Origin: a virus
Reading direction: 5' to 3' (one strand)
DNA length: 64,000 nt
IMG/VR virus record: IMGVR_UViG_3300042549_007727
In this document: positions 35,352 through 44,702 of the stretch, piece after piece
Position numbering within the stretch: position 1 is the first letter of the stretch
Layout: each line of letters begins with the position of its first letter
Position numbers and translations under genes: made by a program
The notes under the pieces: generated by a model
Databases searched by the model: none
The model's input: the letters and a program-made list of their open reading frames with translations, nothing else
Told to the model about the DNA's origin: nothing

Positions 35352-36227
35352 ATGGCTTTCACAAAGACTGGTGTCGTAACAGCACCGAAGATTGTGCCAT
35401 CGGCTTTTGGTCTACTCGCCGTAGTCAAGCCAGAGAATGGTCCTAACGAAGATCAGTGGATCCGGGGATTCTCTCAGGAGTGGGAGACAACACTCTATTC
35501 AGCAACCAACTGGGATGACTCAGACTCCACCGACGGTGAAGTAGTGGCTGCTGGAACACCAACTTACTACACAGAAATTAAGCCCTTCTTCATTGAGGCA
35601 GAAGAGCTTCGTTCAACACTAGGATTTAACGGCCTTGACCGTATCGAGCGTTTAAAGAGGCAGATCGAGGGCATTACTCAGCAGGCTATGGAAGTAGAGC
35701 TTTGGGACGGTGCTGTCCGCAAAGGAGAGAGCCATGCAAACGTCGCTCTTTCGGATGCGTCTGCAACTATTCTTAACGGCGGAACTGCACTTTCCCCAAG
35801 GCGTGCAATTGCAGCCCTAGAGTTTGCAATTGGCGAGGCTTCTGACGGTGGCGAGCAGGGTGTAATACATCTAACTCGCGATGTTGCAGCACTTCTTGCT
35901 AGCAACTCAAACATGCTTTTTCACGAAGCTGGTAAAGAGCACCTACAAACACTAGGTGGAACTCCAGTTATCGTTGGTTCAGGCTACTCAGGTACTGGCC
36001 CAGACGGTGCAACTGGCGCAACCGCGTCAGCCACCAACAAATGGATTTACGCCACCGGCACCGTCAAGACTTATGTTGGCGATGTCGATGTAGTAAACGA
36101 CAATCTAGCGCAAGCATATGATGTGTCGGGAAATCAAAATGACATGCGTCTCAAAGCAATCCGCCCAGCGGCTGTTTACTTTGACACATCCATCCACCTC
36201 GCTATTAGAGTCGATCTAACAGCTTAA
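35352..36227 (+). CDS. second capsid protein (pentamer/minor capsid-like)
   Basis: Follows MCP as in Rosebush-type actinophage heads; TPVIVGSGY, WIYATG. Confidence 0.55.
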   Translation: MAFTKTGVVTAPKIVPSAFGLLAVVKPENGPNEDQWIRGFSQEWETTLYSATNWDDSDSTDGEVVAAGTPTYYTEIKPFFIEAEELRSTLGFNGLDRIERLKRQIEGITQQAMEVELWDGAVRKGESHANVALSDASATILNGGTALSPRRAIAALEFAIGEASDGGEQGVIHLTRDVAALLASNSNMLFHEAGKEHLQTLGGTPVIVGSGYSGTGPDGATGATASATNKWIYATGTVKTYVGDVDVVNDNLAQAYDVSGNQNDMRLKAIRPAAVYFDTSIHLAIRVDLTA

Positions 36228-36248
36228 CAACCTAAGGAGAATAGCTAT

Positions 36249-37355
36249 ATGGCTACTCAAGAATATGCTGCCAGCATCCAAGGTGTGTCGATTCGTGTCA
36301 CCCGCCTAGATTCTGTCGGTAACTTACTAACTGGTCCAGCCGACAGTTACACGACTTCCGCTTTCATGCGTATTTCGTTCACCCCTGAGTACGAAGAGGG
36401 CGACGAGATCACCGAAAAGGGCGCTAACGGAGTTGTTTGTGTAACCTACAAGGCCCCAGACACACTAAAGCGTATCACCATGGAACTTGCTATTTGTGAG
36501 CCAGACCCAGAGCTATCTGCTTTGATTTCTGGTGGTCTACTTCTTCGCAAGAACCTAGGAACTTCTGGACAGCCTGACCACAAGTCAATCGGTTGGGCAG
36601 CACCTGGCGTGGGCGATGACCCTGCTGGTAACGGTGTTGCTATCGAAGCTTGGTCACACGCAGTTAAGGACGGAAAGCGCGCAGGCGTTCTTCCTTACTT
36701 CCACTGGATCTTCCCATACGTGAAGATGCGTCAGTCTGGCGACCGAGTCATCGAAAACGGAATGCTTGCAACCACTTTCGAAGGCTTTGGTCTAGGAAAC
36801 GCTTCATTCCAAGCTGGTGTAGATGGTCGTTGGGAATTCCCAATCGCAGCTGAGCGTCCATACGCTTATGCACGTGCAGACTGGGCACCAACTGGTCTAA
36901 GTGGTTTCTACACCTGGACTGATGGAACTGGTCCTGTTGTATTTACTTCACCTACTGCTAAGCAGCCGACCACTATTAGGTTGACTGCAGCCGCTGCAAC
37001 CGTAACTGATAACAAGTCCACCCTAACCTTCAGCGCTGCCCCTGGTATCGCGGTTGGAGATGAGATTTACGTTCAGAACCTAGGCACCCTATTCAACGGT
37101 ACTTGGACAGTTGCTAGCATCTCTGGAAGCACAGTAAGTTACGTCAACTCGGCTATCACTGAGGACGTAACTGGTGTTGTTGGCTCTGGAGCTCGTGTAA
37201 CTCTATCTAACAGTGTCACCGAGACCTACCCAGCCCCAACTCCTACAACTAGCGCCCAGATCGGTGTTGGAGACGACGCATTTAACGTTCCTGGTAACGT
37301 CAACTACAACGCTGACGTAGCGATCGACAACATCATCGCTTCTAACGAGAACTAA
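36249..37355 (+). CDS. major tail protein
   Basis: IRVTRLD...EYEEGDEI...G..CV; C-terminal beta-rich extension; terminator after. Confidence 0.8.
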   Translation: MATQEYAASIQGVSIRVTRLDSVGNLLTGPADSYTTSAFMRISFTPEYEEGDEITEKGANGVVCVTYKAPDTLKRITMELAICEPDPELSALISGGLLLRKNLGTSGQPDHKSIGWAAPGVGDDPAGNGVAIEAWSHAVKDGKRAGVLPYFHWIFPYVKMRQSGDRVIENGMLATTFEGFGLGNASFQAGVDGRWEFPIAAERPYAYARADWAPTGLSGFYTWTDGTGPVVFTSPTAKQPTTIRLTAAAATVTDNKSTLTFSAAPGIAVGDEIYVQNLGTLFNGTWTVASISGSTVSYVNSAITEDVTGVVGSGARVTLSNSVTETYPAPTPTTSAQIGVGDDAFNVPGNVNYNADVAIDNIIASNEN

Positions 37356-37366
37356 ATAGTTTAAAG

Positions 37367-37410
37367 ACGGGTGGTGGCTTGAGCAAAATAGCTTGAGCTA
37401 CCACCCGTTA
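37367..37410 (+). terminator. long hairpin after major tail gene
   Basis: GACGGGTGGTGGCTTGAGC / GCTTGAGCTACCACCCGTT. Confidence 0.65.
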
Positions 37411-37430
37411 AACTTATCTAAGAGGTAAAA

Positions 37431-38546
37431 ATGACCAATAACTTATGGATTCAGCCCGAAGAGATGGGTGACTATTCGTATACCGAATATACTGAAGAAG
37501 CTGCCAAAGTTGCGACTTACCTACTTTGGTCAATGTCTGGCCGTAAATACACCGGTGAAACAACAGTAACTGAGCGTTACACCTGTACCCTACGCAATAA
37601 CCGTATGGGTCCTTCAACTAAGACCAACTCTCCAGTTCTTTTCGGTGGAGACGTCTACAACATCCCCTCTGGCGACTACGATGAGTACTCAGAGCTGACT
37701 TCTGACGGTATGTCCCCCGACTCACGAATCAAACTTCGTGGCCGTCCAGTAACTAAAATTCACGCTATAAGAAACAGGCTCGGGGACATTTTAGATCCGT
37801 CAAGCTACTACCTTGTAGACCACTCAACCATTCACATCAAGGCCGGAACCCCTTGGACTCCATGTAACACTGAAGTTACATACTCTTATGGAACTCCCGT
37901 GCCAATTGCAGGAAAGATGGCTGCCCGTAAGCTTGCTATCGAGTTTGCCAGACTTTGGTCAGGCGATGAGTCTTGCGAGCTTCCTCAGCGTGTAACCTCT
38001 GTATCACGACAGGGCGTTTCTTATACTATCCTCGACAATCAAGAATTTATCGACGAGCTTCGCACTGGTCTATACGAGATTGATCTATTTCTAAAAGTAG
38101 CTAACCCAGACAACGCTCGCCGTAAGTCTAAGGTATTTTCTGTGGACACTCCTAGAGCCAGACGCTACAATCCAAAAGCTATTACTCTAACTGCAAACCC
38201 TCAATTTGATCTTACTTTAGTTAAAGGCGAGCCAGCTACCTGGACCTCAGCCGGCCGGCCAACAGTATTGACTAACTTTTTCCCAGATAGCGGTTGGACT
38301 CCAGTCATCACTTTAAGGAGCTACTCAGGAGCTAATTCGGTAAACCTAGAGACCTCAGATTACACGCTTAACTCGGGAGCTGGAACATTAAACTTTACAG
38401 TTCCGTATGACAAGGCACTACGAGCTCTCGGGATGGTAGATCCTGGAACATGGACTCTATACGCAACAAAAACAATAGCTAATGTCCCAAATATAATAGA
38501 ACTTGCGTCTGGAAACCTTCAGATCAAGATGTATCCAAACCAATAG
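37431..38546 (+). CDS. head-to-tail adaptor
   Basis: LWSMSGRKY; C.LPQRVTSVSRQGVSY; TGLYEIDLF. Confidence 0.7.
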   Translation: MTNNLWIQPEEMGDYSYTEYTEEAAKVATYLLWSMSGRKYTGETTVTERYTCTLRNNRMGPSTKTNSPVLFGGDVYNIPSGDYDEYSELTSDGMSPDSRIKLRGRPVTKIHAIRNRLGDILDPSSYYLVDHSTIHIKAGTPWTPCNTEVTYSYGTPVPIAGKMAARKLAIEFARLWSGDESCELPQRVTSVSRQGVSYTILDNQEFIDELRTGLYEIDLFLKVANPDNARRKSKVFSVDTPRARRYNPKAITLTANPQFDLTLVKGEPATWTSAGRPTVLTNFFPDSGWTPVITLRSYSGANSVNLETSDYTLNSGAGTLNFTVPYDKALRALGMVDPGTWTLYATKTIANVPNIIELASGNLQIKMYPNQ

Positions 38547-38558
38547 AAAGAGAAAATA

Positions 38559-38750
38559 ATGGCACAGATGATGACAAACTTTACTGCCGCAGATATGCCT
38601 GGCGCTAATGTCAAGAAGGCAGCTCCAGCTCCTAGAGCACAGGCTCCTAGAGTTGAAGCCCCTAAGGTTGAAGTACCTGTAGTTGAAGCTGCACCTGTAG
38701 AAGTTGCAGAGCCAGAGCTAGTCGAAGAAGTATCTCCAGCAGCGGAGTAA
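38559..38750 (+). CDS. small Pro/Ala/Glu-rich protein
   Basis: RBS and position in operon. Confidence 0.6.
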   Translation: MAQMMTNFTAADMPGANVKKAAPAPRAQAPRVEAPKVEVPVVEAAPVEVAEPELVEEVSPAAE

Positions 38751-38753
38751 TTT

Positions 38754-39257
38754 ATGTATGAAATTGACGGATCCGGAGTTTTGGAGGATGCAACACACCT
38801 TCGAGACATGATGGACGGTATTCTAGAGCGCGTTGAGTCTGCATTTCAGTCTTACAACGTTGGACTGCCGAACCGTCGATACTGGTCTATCGGCCAGCCA
38901 GCAATAGATTGCGAACAAGTAGTAGTCTCGTTTATTCAGATGTATTTAGGTGCACCAGGTGACGAGGCAACTACTCCTCAAAGATGTCACGTACCTAGAA
39001 GTGCTGTAGTCGCTATATCTATAGCTAGAGCAGTACCGATTGTGGGACAAAATGGTCGTCCGCCAAGCCAGGAAAGCATACAAAGAGCTTCCAGTGTATC
39101 TGCAATTGATGCTTGGGTACTTATGGATGCTGTAAAGCTTTTTGATATGTGGGACCAGAGCGGATATGGTTTGGGAGTTATTGCTACTGTAGAAATAACT
39201 CCTCCTGAAGGCGGATTCCAGTCAGTAACTATGAATTTGACTCTAGCGGTTCCATAA
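38754..39257 (+). CDS. tail terminator/neck protein (putative)
   Basis: Synteny; PPEGG C-terminal motif. Confidence 0.5.
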   Translation: MYEIDGSGVLEDATHLRDMMDGILERVESAFQSYNVGLPNRRYWSIGQPAIDCEQVVVSFIQMYLGAPGDEATTPQRCHVPRSAVVAISIARAVPIVGQNGRPPSQESIQRASSVSAIDAWVLMDAVKLFDMWDQSGYGLGVIATVEITPPEGGFQSVTMNLTLAVP

Positions 39258-39258
39258 A

Positions 39259-39783
39259 ATGCCAGCATACGGTTTAATACCAGACAGTCCGATTTTTTAC
39301 TACGGTAAAAAATTTGGTAAAGTGGGCAGAAGTGGCGGCCGAGGCTTAGGTCCTAATCGTGGTGGCAGCACTAGATTTTCATTTACTACACAAAACTTAG
39401 TAATCTACGAACCACTGCTTCATGCACAACTAAACACTAGGGCCGGGGGCCTATGGAGAGCTTTAGAAGTAGCAGGAGAATTTGCGGTAGGAAAGGCTAA
39501 AGCCCAGGTGGGGGTAAAGACAGGAAAGCTTAGATCTTCAATCCACAAGAGACACATGGGCAATTTCACTGGTCAATATCTTTGGATCGGGTCTACGGTC
39601 AACTATGCCTACATGCACCACGAAGGCACTAGACCGCATCTTATTGTTCCTAGAGTCGCAGGCAAAATGCTCAGATTCTCCAGTAAAGGCAGAATGGTCA
39701 TGACTCCTGGACCTGTAATGCATCCTGGCACCAAGCCTAATCCATATCTATCTAACCAGCTTAGACACTTTAGACGCATCTAG
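39259..39783 (+). CDS. HK97 gp10-like tail completion protein
   Basis: VKTGKLRSSI...YAYMHHEGTRPH...HPGTKPNPYL. Confidence 0.7.
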   Translation: MPAYGLIPDSPIFYYGKKFGKVGRSGGRGLGPNRGGSTRFSFTTQNLVIYEPLLHAQLNTRAGGLWRALEVAGEFAVGKAKAQVGVKTGKLRSSIHKRHMGNFTGQYLWIGSTVNYAYMHHEGTRPHLIVPRVAGKMLRFSSKGRMVMTPGPVMHPGTKPNPYLSNQLRHFRRI

Positions 39784-39865
39784 CTCGGTCGGCAATAGGG
39801 TAAAATACTAGTAGTAAGTTACTGCTTACAAATGACTAAAGAAAAAAAGAAAGAAGACATTTATA

Positions 39866-40216
39866 ATGGCAAAATTTAAAGATTTTGGTGTAGGAGCTGC
39901 TCCTGAAACTGCAGAAGTTATCTCCTTTAAGCTACACGAAGAGGAATTTTTCTGTGTTCCTCAGCTTCAGGGAAGAGTTATGTTGTCCCTTGTTAAAAAC
40001 TCATCTAGCGAAGACCCTACAGTTGCTGCTGGAACAATTGAAACCTTTTTTGATCAAGTCCTAACTGACGAGAGCTTAGAGCGTTTTAATGCACTAACCA
40101 CACACAAAGACAAGATTGTTACCACGGAGACTTTGGGACAGATTGTTGGATGGCTACTTGAGGAGTATTCTGGACGCCCGGAAGCGCAGCCAGAGGACTC
40201 ATCAACTGGGCTATAG
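39866..40216 (+). CDS. tail assembly chaperone
   Basis: Two genes upstream of tape measure; ends ...YSGRP. Confidence 0.75.
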   Translation: MAKFKDFGVGAAPETAEVISFKLHEEEFFCVPQLQGRVMLSLVKNSSSEDPTVAAGTIETFFDQVLTDESLERFNALTTHKDKIVTTETLGQIVGWLLEEYSGRPEAQPEDSSTGL

Positions 40217-40581
40217 ACCTCTGGCCGTACGTCAATGGTAAGTCCCTGTTTAGTGGAATTAGGTTAGAAGAAATGGAATCATCTGAAATGGTAGATGTGC
40301 TCCACTATCTTTTTGAAGATGACATGAGGTTCACTACAGGCGACGAAGCAAAAGCTCAAGGATCACTTAGAAAAGAGTTGTACAGGCTATACGGAAAAGA
40401 GTACCAGTATGGCTCTTCTGGCTCGGGTGAAACTTATGGAGGTAGAGCCTACATCTCTGACAGCGCAGATGAGTTTAACAGCTCTCCATCGGGCGCTAGA
40501 AAACCGTACGTTGCTCCAACAAATTTCAACCCAGAAGCAGCTAACCCATTTGGGTCAGTTCTAGACGCACCACTCGGATAA
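40162..40581 (+). CDS. tail assembly chaperone -1-frame extension (gpGT-like)
   Basis: -1 frame open from 40162, overlapping chaperone end; first ATG at 40273. Confidence 0.6.
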   Translation, partial: GVFWTPGSAARGLINWAIDLWPYVNGKSLFSGIRLEEMESSEMVDVLHYLFEDDMRFTTGDEAKAQGSLRKELYRLYGKEYQYGSSGSGETYGGRAYISDSADEFNSSPSGARKPYVAPTNFNPEAANPFGSVLDAPLG

Positions 40582-40598
40582 GGTAAAGAGGTGACACA

Positions 40599-43409
40599 GT
40601 GGCAGTAGTCGGCGAAGCGCATATACTCGTTAAAGCCATAACCACTGGCGTCCAGGGTGATATTCAAAGAGCGTTTAGGGGTTTATCGGGCGAAAGCGGC
40701 TCTGCTAGAAAAAGCGGAGAAAGCTTAGGAGCCGCTTTTTCTCGAGGATTTAACAATAACTCAAACACTAATGTATTTTCTAAACTTGCCAATGCCATAG
40801 GAACTATGGCTCCAAACGCTGATGCGGCAGCTGCAAGTTTTGCTAAGCTTTCCAGAACTGGTATTACTGCCGGAACTTCCGTTTCAGTTCTTATCGGCTC
40901 TATTGGAGCATTAATTGGCAGCTTAGGATCTTTGGGCAGTGCTGCAATAATTGGTGCTGGATCGCTATTTTCACTAGTCGGGGCATTTGTAAGCCTCAGG
41001 ATAGGTGCGTCAGCAGCCAGCTTTGCTCTAGGCGGTATTGGCGCGGCATTTGGCCGAGCCACTAGCGCGCAAGGCGGACTAGGAAAATCCCTAGCCGAAA
41101 TAAATAAACAGTTTAGAGAGCTACAGCGAAACGCTGAATCCGCTGCTATGAGCGAGAAGCGCGCTGGTCTTGAACTAGAAAAGGCGCGCAATAATTTACT
41201 AAGAGTGCAGGACTTGCCGCCTAATAACATGGCGCGCCGCGAGGCAAAGCAAGCTTATGACGAAGCAGAGCTAAATTACCGTCAAGCCAAAGATCGTAGC
41301 AAAGACTTAAACGAAGAGCTACTAAAAGGTAAAGAAGGCATTGCTGCTGCTGGAGCAGTAGATCCGTACGCTGGCCTGACAAAGAGTCAGAGAGAGTTTG
41401 CAAAGTATTTAGTAACCTTAAAGCCAAAACTTGATGAGCTAAAAGAAGCAGTTGCTAAAGGATTCTTACCCTTACTGAGGACCCAGCTTGAAAGAATAAT
41501 GAATGGGCCGCTATTTCCTGTAATTAAAACAGGATTAGAAGGCATAGGAACCTCCTTAGGAATTGCTGCACAGAACTTTACTGACTTTTTAGTTAGCGCT
41601 GATAGCGTACGAAAAATAGAAATACTTTTTGCAAACGCTAAGCCAGTAATTGAAAAATTTGGAACTATTTTAGGAAAAGTTTTTGATGGCTTCCTAGGTA
41701 TGCTCGAGTATGCTCAGCCTCTAGTTATAAACTTTATGGACTATCTGGATGGGGTAGCAGGCGATTTCCAAAAGTTCTTTAACCCAGACACTGAAGCAGG
41801 TAAGAAAGGCTTAACTGACTTTTTTGCAGAGATAGAGCGCGTAGCTACTCAGTTTGAAGCAATATTTGGAAACATTTTCACTGGAATAGGTGAAATAATT
41901 AAAGCCAACACCGGCCCAGGTAGCGGTGCAGATATCCTTATGGAGGGTCTAAAGAGTGCTACAGCTGGCTTCGCGGCTCTTGATGGTTCAGCTACAGGCA
42001 AGGGAAGCTTACGTCAATACTTCATAGATGTAGCAAATAACGTTAAGCCCCTAATGGGCCTACTTGGAGATATGGCTGTTGGCCTACTGCAGATGGGTGC
42101 AAATCCAGCATTAGGTGAGACCTTCACAAAGCTACGCGAAGCTGGCCCTGAGCTTTCCGAGATGATGGGCAAACTGATAGAGGCTGGGCCAAACCTAGCT
42201 GATCTATTTACAAACGTATTAAAAATAGTAAATGCATTTACTGACTCTGAAGCATCTAAAATATTCTTTGACACTATAAACATAGCTGCAAAGACTTTAG
42301 CTGATGTTCTACAAAATGAAGCAGTAAAAGGTTTCTTAGATGTTATAGGAAGAATCTTTGCTTTTACATTGGCACTGGGATTCTTAAAAAATACTTTTTC
42401 TTTCTTTGGCAATGTTGTTCTAGGTAACTTAAAGAACATATCCGGAGGAATAGGAGCTGCGTTTGCTTTCTTTAAGCCTGGTGGCGGGTTTGATGGTGTC
42501 CGTCTAACTATCATGTATTTCTTTGATGGAGTTAAAGTAGTTTTTGGCAAGGTAATGACCTTCTTTATTGGTCTTGGACCAAAACTACTGAGCTTTGGTA
42601 CCAGCATTATGGGATTCTTTGCAAAAATCGGTGGTGCCATAATGGGTGTTGCAAGCAAGATTGCACTGGGAATTAGAACCCTGTTTATGGCTAACCCAAT
42701 AGGATTTATTATCGGCATAATTGCTGCAATTACAGCGGCGTTAATCTGGTTCTTCACTCAGACCGAAGTCGGCAAGAAAATGTGGCAAGACTTCACTAAA
42801 GTCGTAGGAGACCTGTTAACTGGAATTGGTGACTGGTTTAAAAAACTAGGTGATGATATTGCTATTGTGTGGAATGTTGTTGTTAAAGGCCTTTCAGATG
42901 GCTGGAACGGATTTGTTAAAGGTTTTAAGACATTACTAGACGGCGTGGGTGCAGCCTTTGAAAAAGTTTGGGAGGGCGCTAAAACTATATTTAAAAACGT
43001 AGTAAACTTCTTGATTGGCCTATTTGAAGGATTTGTGAATGGCGCTATTAACGGTATCAATGCACTAATTAGAGGCCTTAACTTTATTGGAAAATATGGC
43101 CCAATAAAATTCGAAATAGGTACTATACCTCTCTTAAAAATACCTCGACTAGCTCAGGGTGGAGTAGTTATGCCTAGCACTGGAGGGTCCTTAGTAAATG
43201 TTGCTGAAGCTGGACGGGCCGAAAGAATCGAGCCATTAGATGAAAACGGCCTATCTAAGAGAGACAAGGCTTTAATTTCCGCGCTGTCTGGTGGATCTGG
43301 AGGCGGTCCTACAATAAACGTCTACCCATCCGCAGGTATGGACGAGAGAGAGCTTGCCAGCATGGTCTCTAGAAGAATAGCTTTTGAAATTCGTAAAGGT
43401 GCGTTTTAA
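40599..43409 (+). CDS. tape measure protein
   Basis: 936 aa, Ala/Gly-rich amphipathic repeats; ANPIG..I; IPRLAQGG..VAEAG C-terminus. Confidence 0.9.
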   Translation: MAVVGEAHILVKAITTGVQGDIQRAFRGLSGESGSARKSGESLGAAFSRGFNNNSNTNVFSKLANAIGTMAPNADAAAASFAKLSRTGITAGTSVSVLIGSIGALIGSLGSLGSAAIIGAGSLFSLVGAFVSLRIGASAASFALGGIGAAFGRATSAQGGLGKSLAEINKQFRELQRNAESAAMSEKRAGLELEKARNNLLRVQDLPPNNMARREAKQAYDEAELNYRQAKDRSKDLNEELLKGKEGIAAAGAVDPYAGLTKSQREFAKYLVTLKPKLDELKEAVAKGFLPLLRTQLERIMNGPLFPVIKTGLEGIGTSLGIAAQNFTDFLVSADSVRKIEILFANAKPVIEKFGTILGKVFDGFLGMLEYAQPLVINFMDYLDGVAGDFQKFFNPDTEAGKKGLTDFFAEIERVATQFEAIFGNIFTGIGEIIKANTGPGSGADILMEGLKSATAGFAALDGSATGKGSLRQYFIDVANNVKPLMGLLGDMAVGLLQMGANPALGETFTKLREAGPELSEMMGKLIEAGPNLADLFTNVLKIVNAFTDSEASKIFFDTINIAAKTLADVLQNEAVKGFLDVIGRIFAFTLALGFLKNTFSFFGNVVLGNLKNISGGIGAAFAFFKPGGGFDGVRLTIMYFFDGVKVVFGKVMTFFIGLGPKLLSFGTSIMGFFAKIGGAIMGVASKIALGIRTLFMANPIGFIIGIIAAITAALIWFFTQTEVGKKMWQDFTKVVGDLLTGIGDWFKKLGDDIAIVWNVVVKGLSDGWNGFVKGFKTLLDGVGAAFEKVWEGAKTIFKNVVNFLIGLFEGFVNGAINGINALIRGLNFIGKYGPIKFEIGTIPLLKIPRLAQGGVVMPSTGGSLVNVAEAGRAERIEPLDENGLSKRDKALISALSGGSGGGPTINVYPSAGMDERELASMVSRRIAFEIRKGAF

Positions 43410-44677
43410 TGTCAATCCCATACCCTACCAGTCCGATTTTACATCAAGCATACACATATGAAGGAGAAGATACCTACGTATGGAGCGGTACCGTTTGGGA
43501 GCTTGTATTAACCTTTCCAGCTACCCCAAGCCCTCGGGAAGCGTATAAGTACGATGAAAATCAAAAAATATACGTATGGACTTCTGGCGCAGAATCTACA
43601 GACTGGGAACCGACCTGGGAGTTAGTGTCGACCTTCCCTGCTGCTCCGGAGCTAGATGAGGTCTACACATACGAAGGATATTCTTATGTTTGGGGTGGGA
43701 CATCCTGGGCTCTCCAAGGTTACTATGAGCCAGTCACAGAAATCTCTAGTAGATCTCAGGATGATGAAAATAGACTAGTAAATAAGGCGCTAACTAAGTA
43801 TCCTGTTCCACACTTGTCTGGACTAAAACTAAAAGCTGATATAAGACTTGAAAATCTAGTTTTAAATACAATAGATGAAGACGGTGTAGTTTGGATTTGT
43901 ACAGACATTGACGGATGGTGGGGCTTTCCGGAGCCGCAGCTGCCAGATCTTGTCCGTGGTTGGGGCGACGGATCTTACGATGCTAAGGGACGTTGGAATT
44001 CAAGAATAATAACACTTAACGGAACTTTTTTAACTCAGGACCCGAGTCAGGTTCCTGCCGCTAGAGCAAAACTTATAGAAGCAGCTAACTTGGTATACAA
44101 AGGCGGATTGCTAGTAGTTAATGAAGATCCAGCTAAGAGTGCTTTTGTAAGACTTAGCGGATCCCCAAATATTAAAACAGTAACTGCTAGAGGTAGGACC
44201 GAGTTTTCCATAGGTCTTAGAGCCGCGGACCCAATAAAATATGAATATGTTGAAGTCAGCATAAACGGCGACGGCTACAACACGCAGGTGCTTACTCCAT
44301 CATCTGGAACTGCTAGTGCTACTCTTACTAACCTTGGAAACATAGAGGTTCCAATTCTTATCGAGCTGTCCCAAGGATTCACGGTCTCAAACCCATCTCT
44401 CCCACCTAAGATAAGAAACAATAAAACTGATCAGGAAATGTCAATTATTGGTAGTACAGTCTCCACTAATAGGCTGGAAATTGACACCTACAACAGAGAA
44501 GTATTAGATGTTAGATACGACTCCGGTGAGGTAGTAGAAGTAGCAAGTGGTAGGTCTAAAGTTTCTACCCTTAGTGACTGGATATACCTAGAACCTGGAG
44601 AAAACACAATAATCATTTCTAGATTCCCGACGGGCAGTTCCTGTACAATCTACTACCGTTCAGGCTGGATAGGTTAG
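43409..44677 (+). CDS. distal tail (Dit)-like minor tail protein with N-terminal repeats
   Basis: Follows TMP; L.AADP.KY, LEPGEN.I, YRSGW C-terminus. Confidence 0.75.
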   Translation: MSIPYPTSPILHQAYTYEGEDTYVWSGTVWELVLTFPATPSPREAYKYDENQKIYVWTSGAESTDWEPTWELVSTFPAAPELDEVYTYEGYSYVWGGTSWALQGYYEPVTEISSRSQDDENRLVNKALTKYPVPHLSGLKLKADIRLENLVLNTIDEDGVVWICTDIDGWWGFPEPQLPDLVRGWGDGSYDAKGRWNSRIITLNGTFLTQDPSQVPAARAKLIEAANLVYKGGLLVVNEDPAKSAFVRLSGSPNIKTVTARGRTEFSIGLRAADPIKYEYVEVSINGDGYNTQVLTPSSGTASATLTNLGNIEVPILIELSQGFTVSNPSLPPKIRNNKTDQEMSIIGSTVSTNRLEIDTYNREVLDVRYDSGEVVEVASGRSKVSTLSDWIYLEPGENTIIISRFPTGSSCTIYYRSGWIG

Positions 44678-44702
44678 TACTAAACTAACGAAAGACGCAT
44701 AA

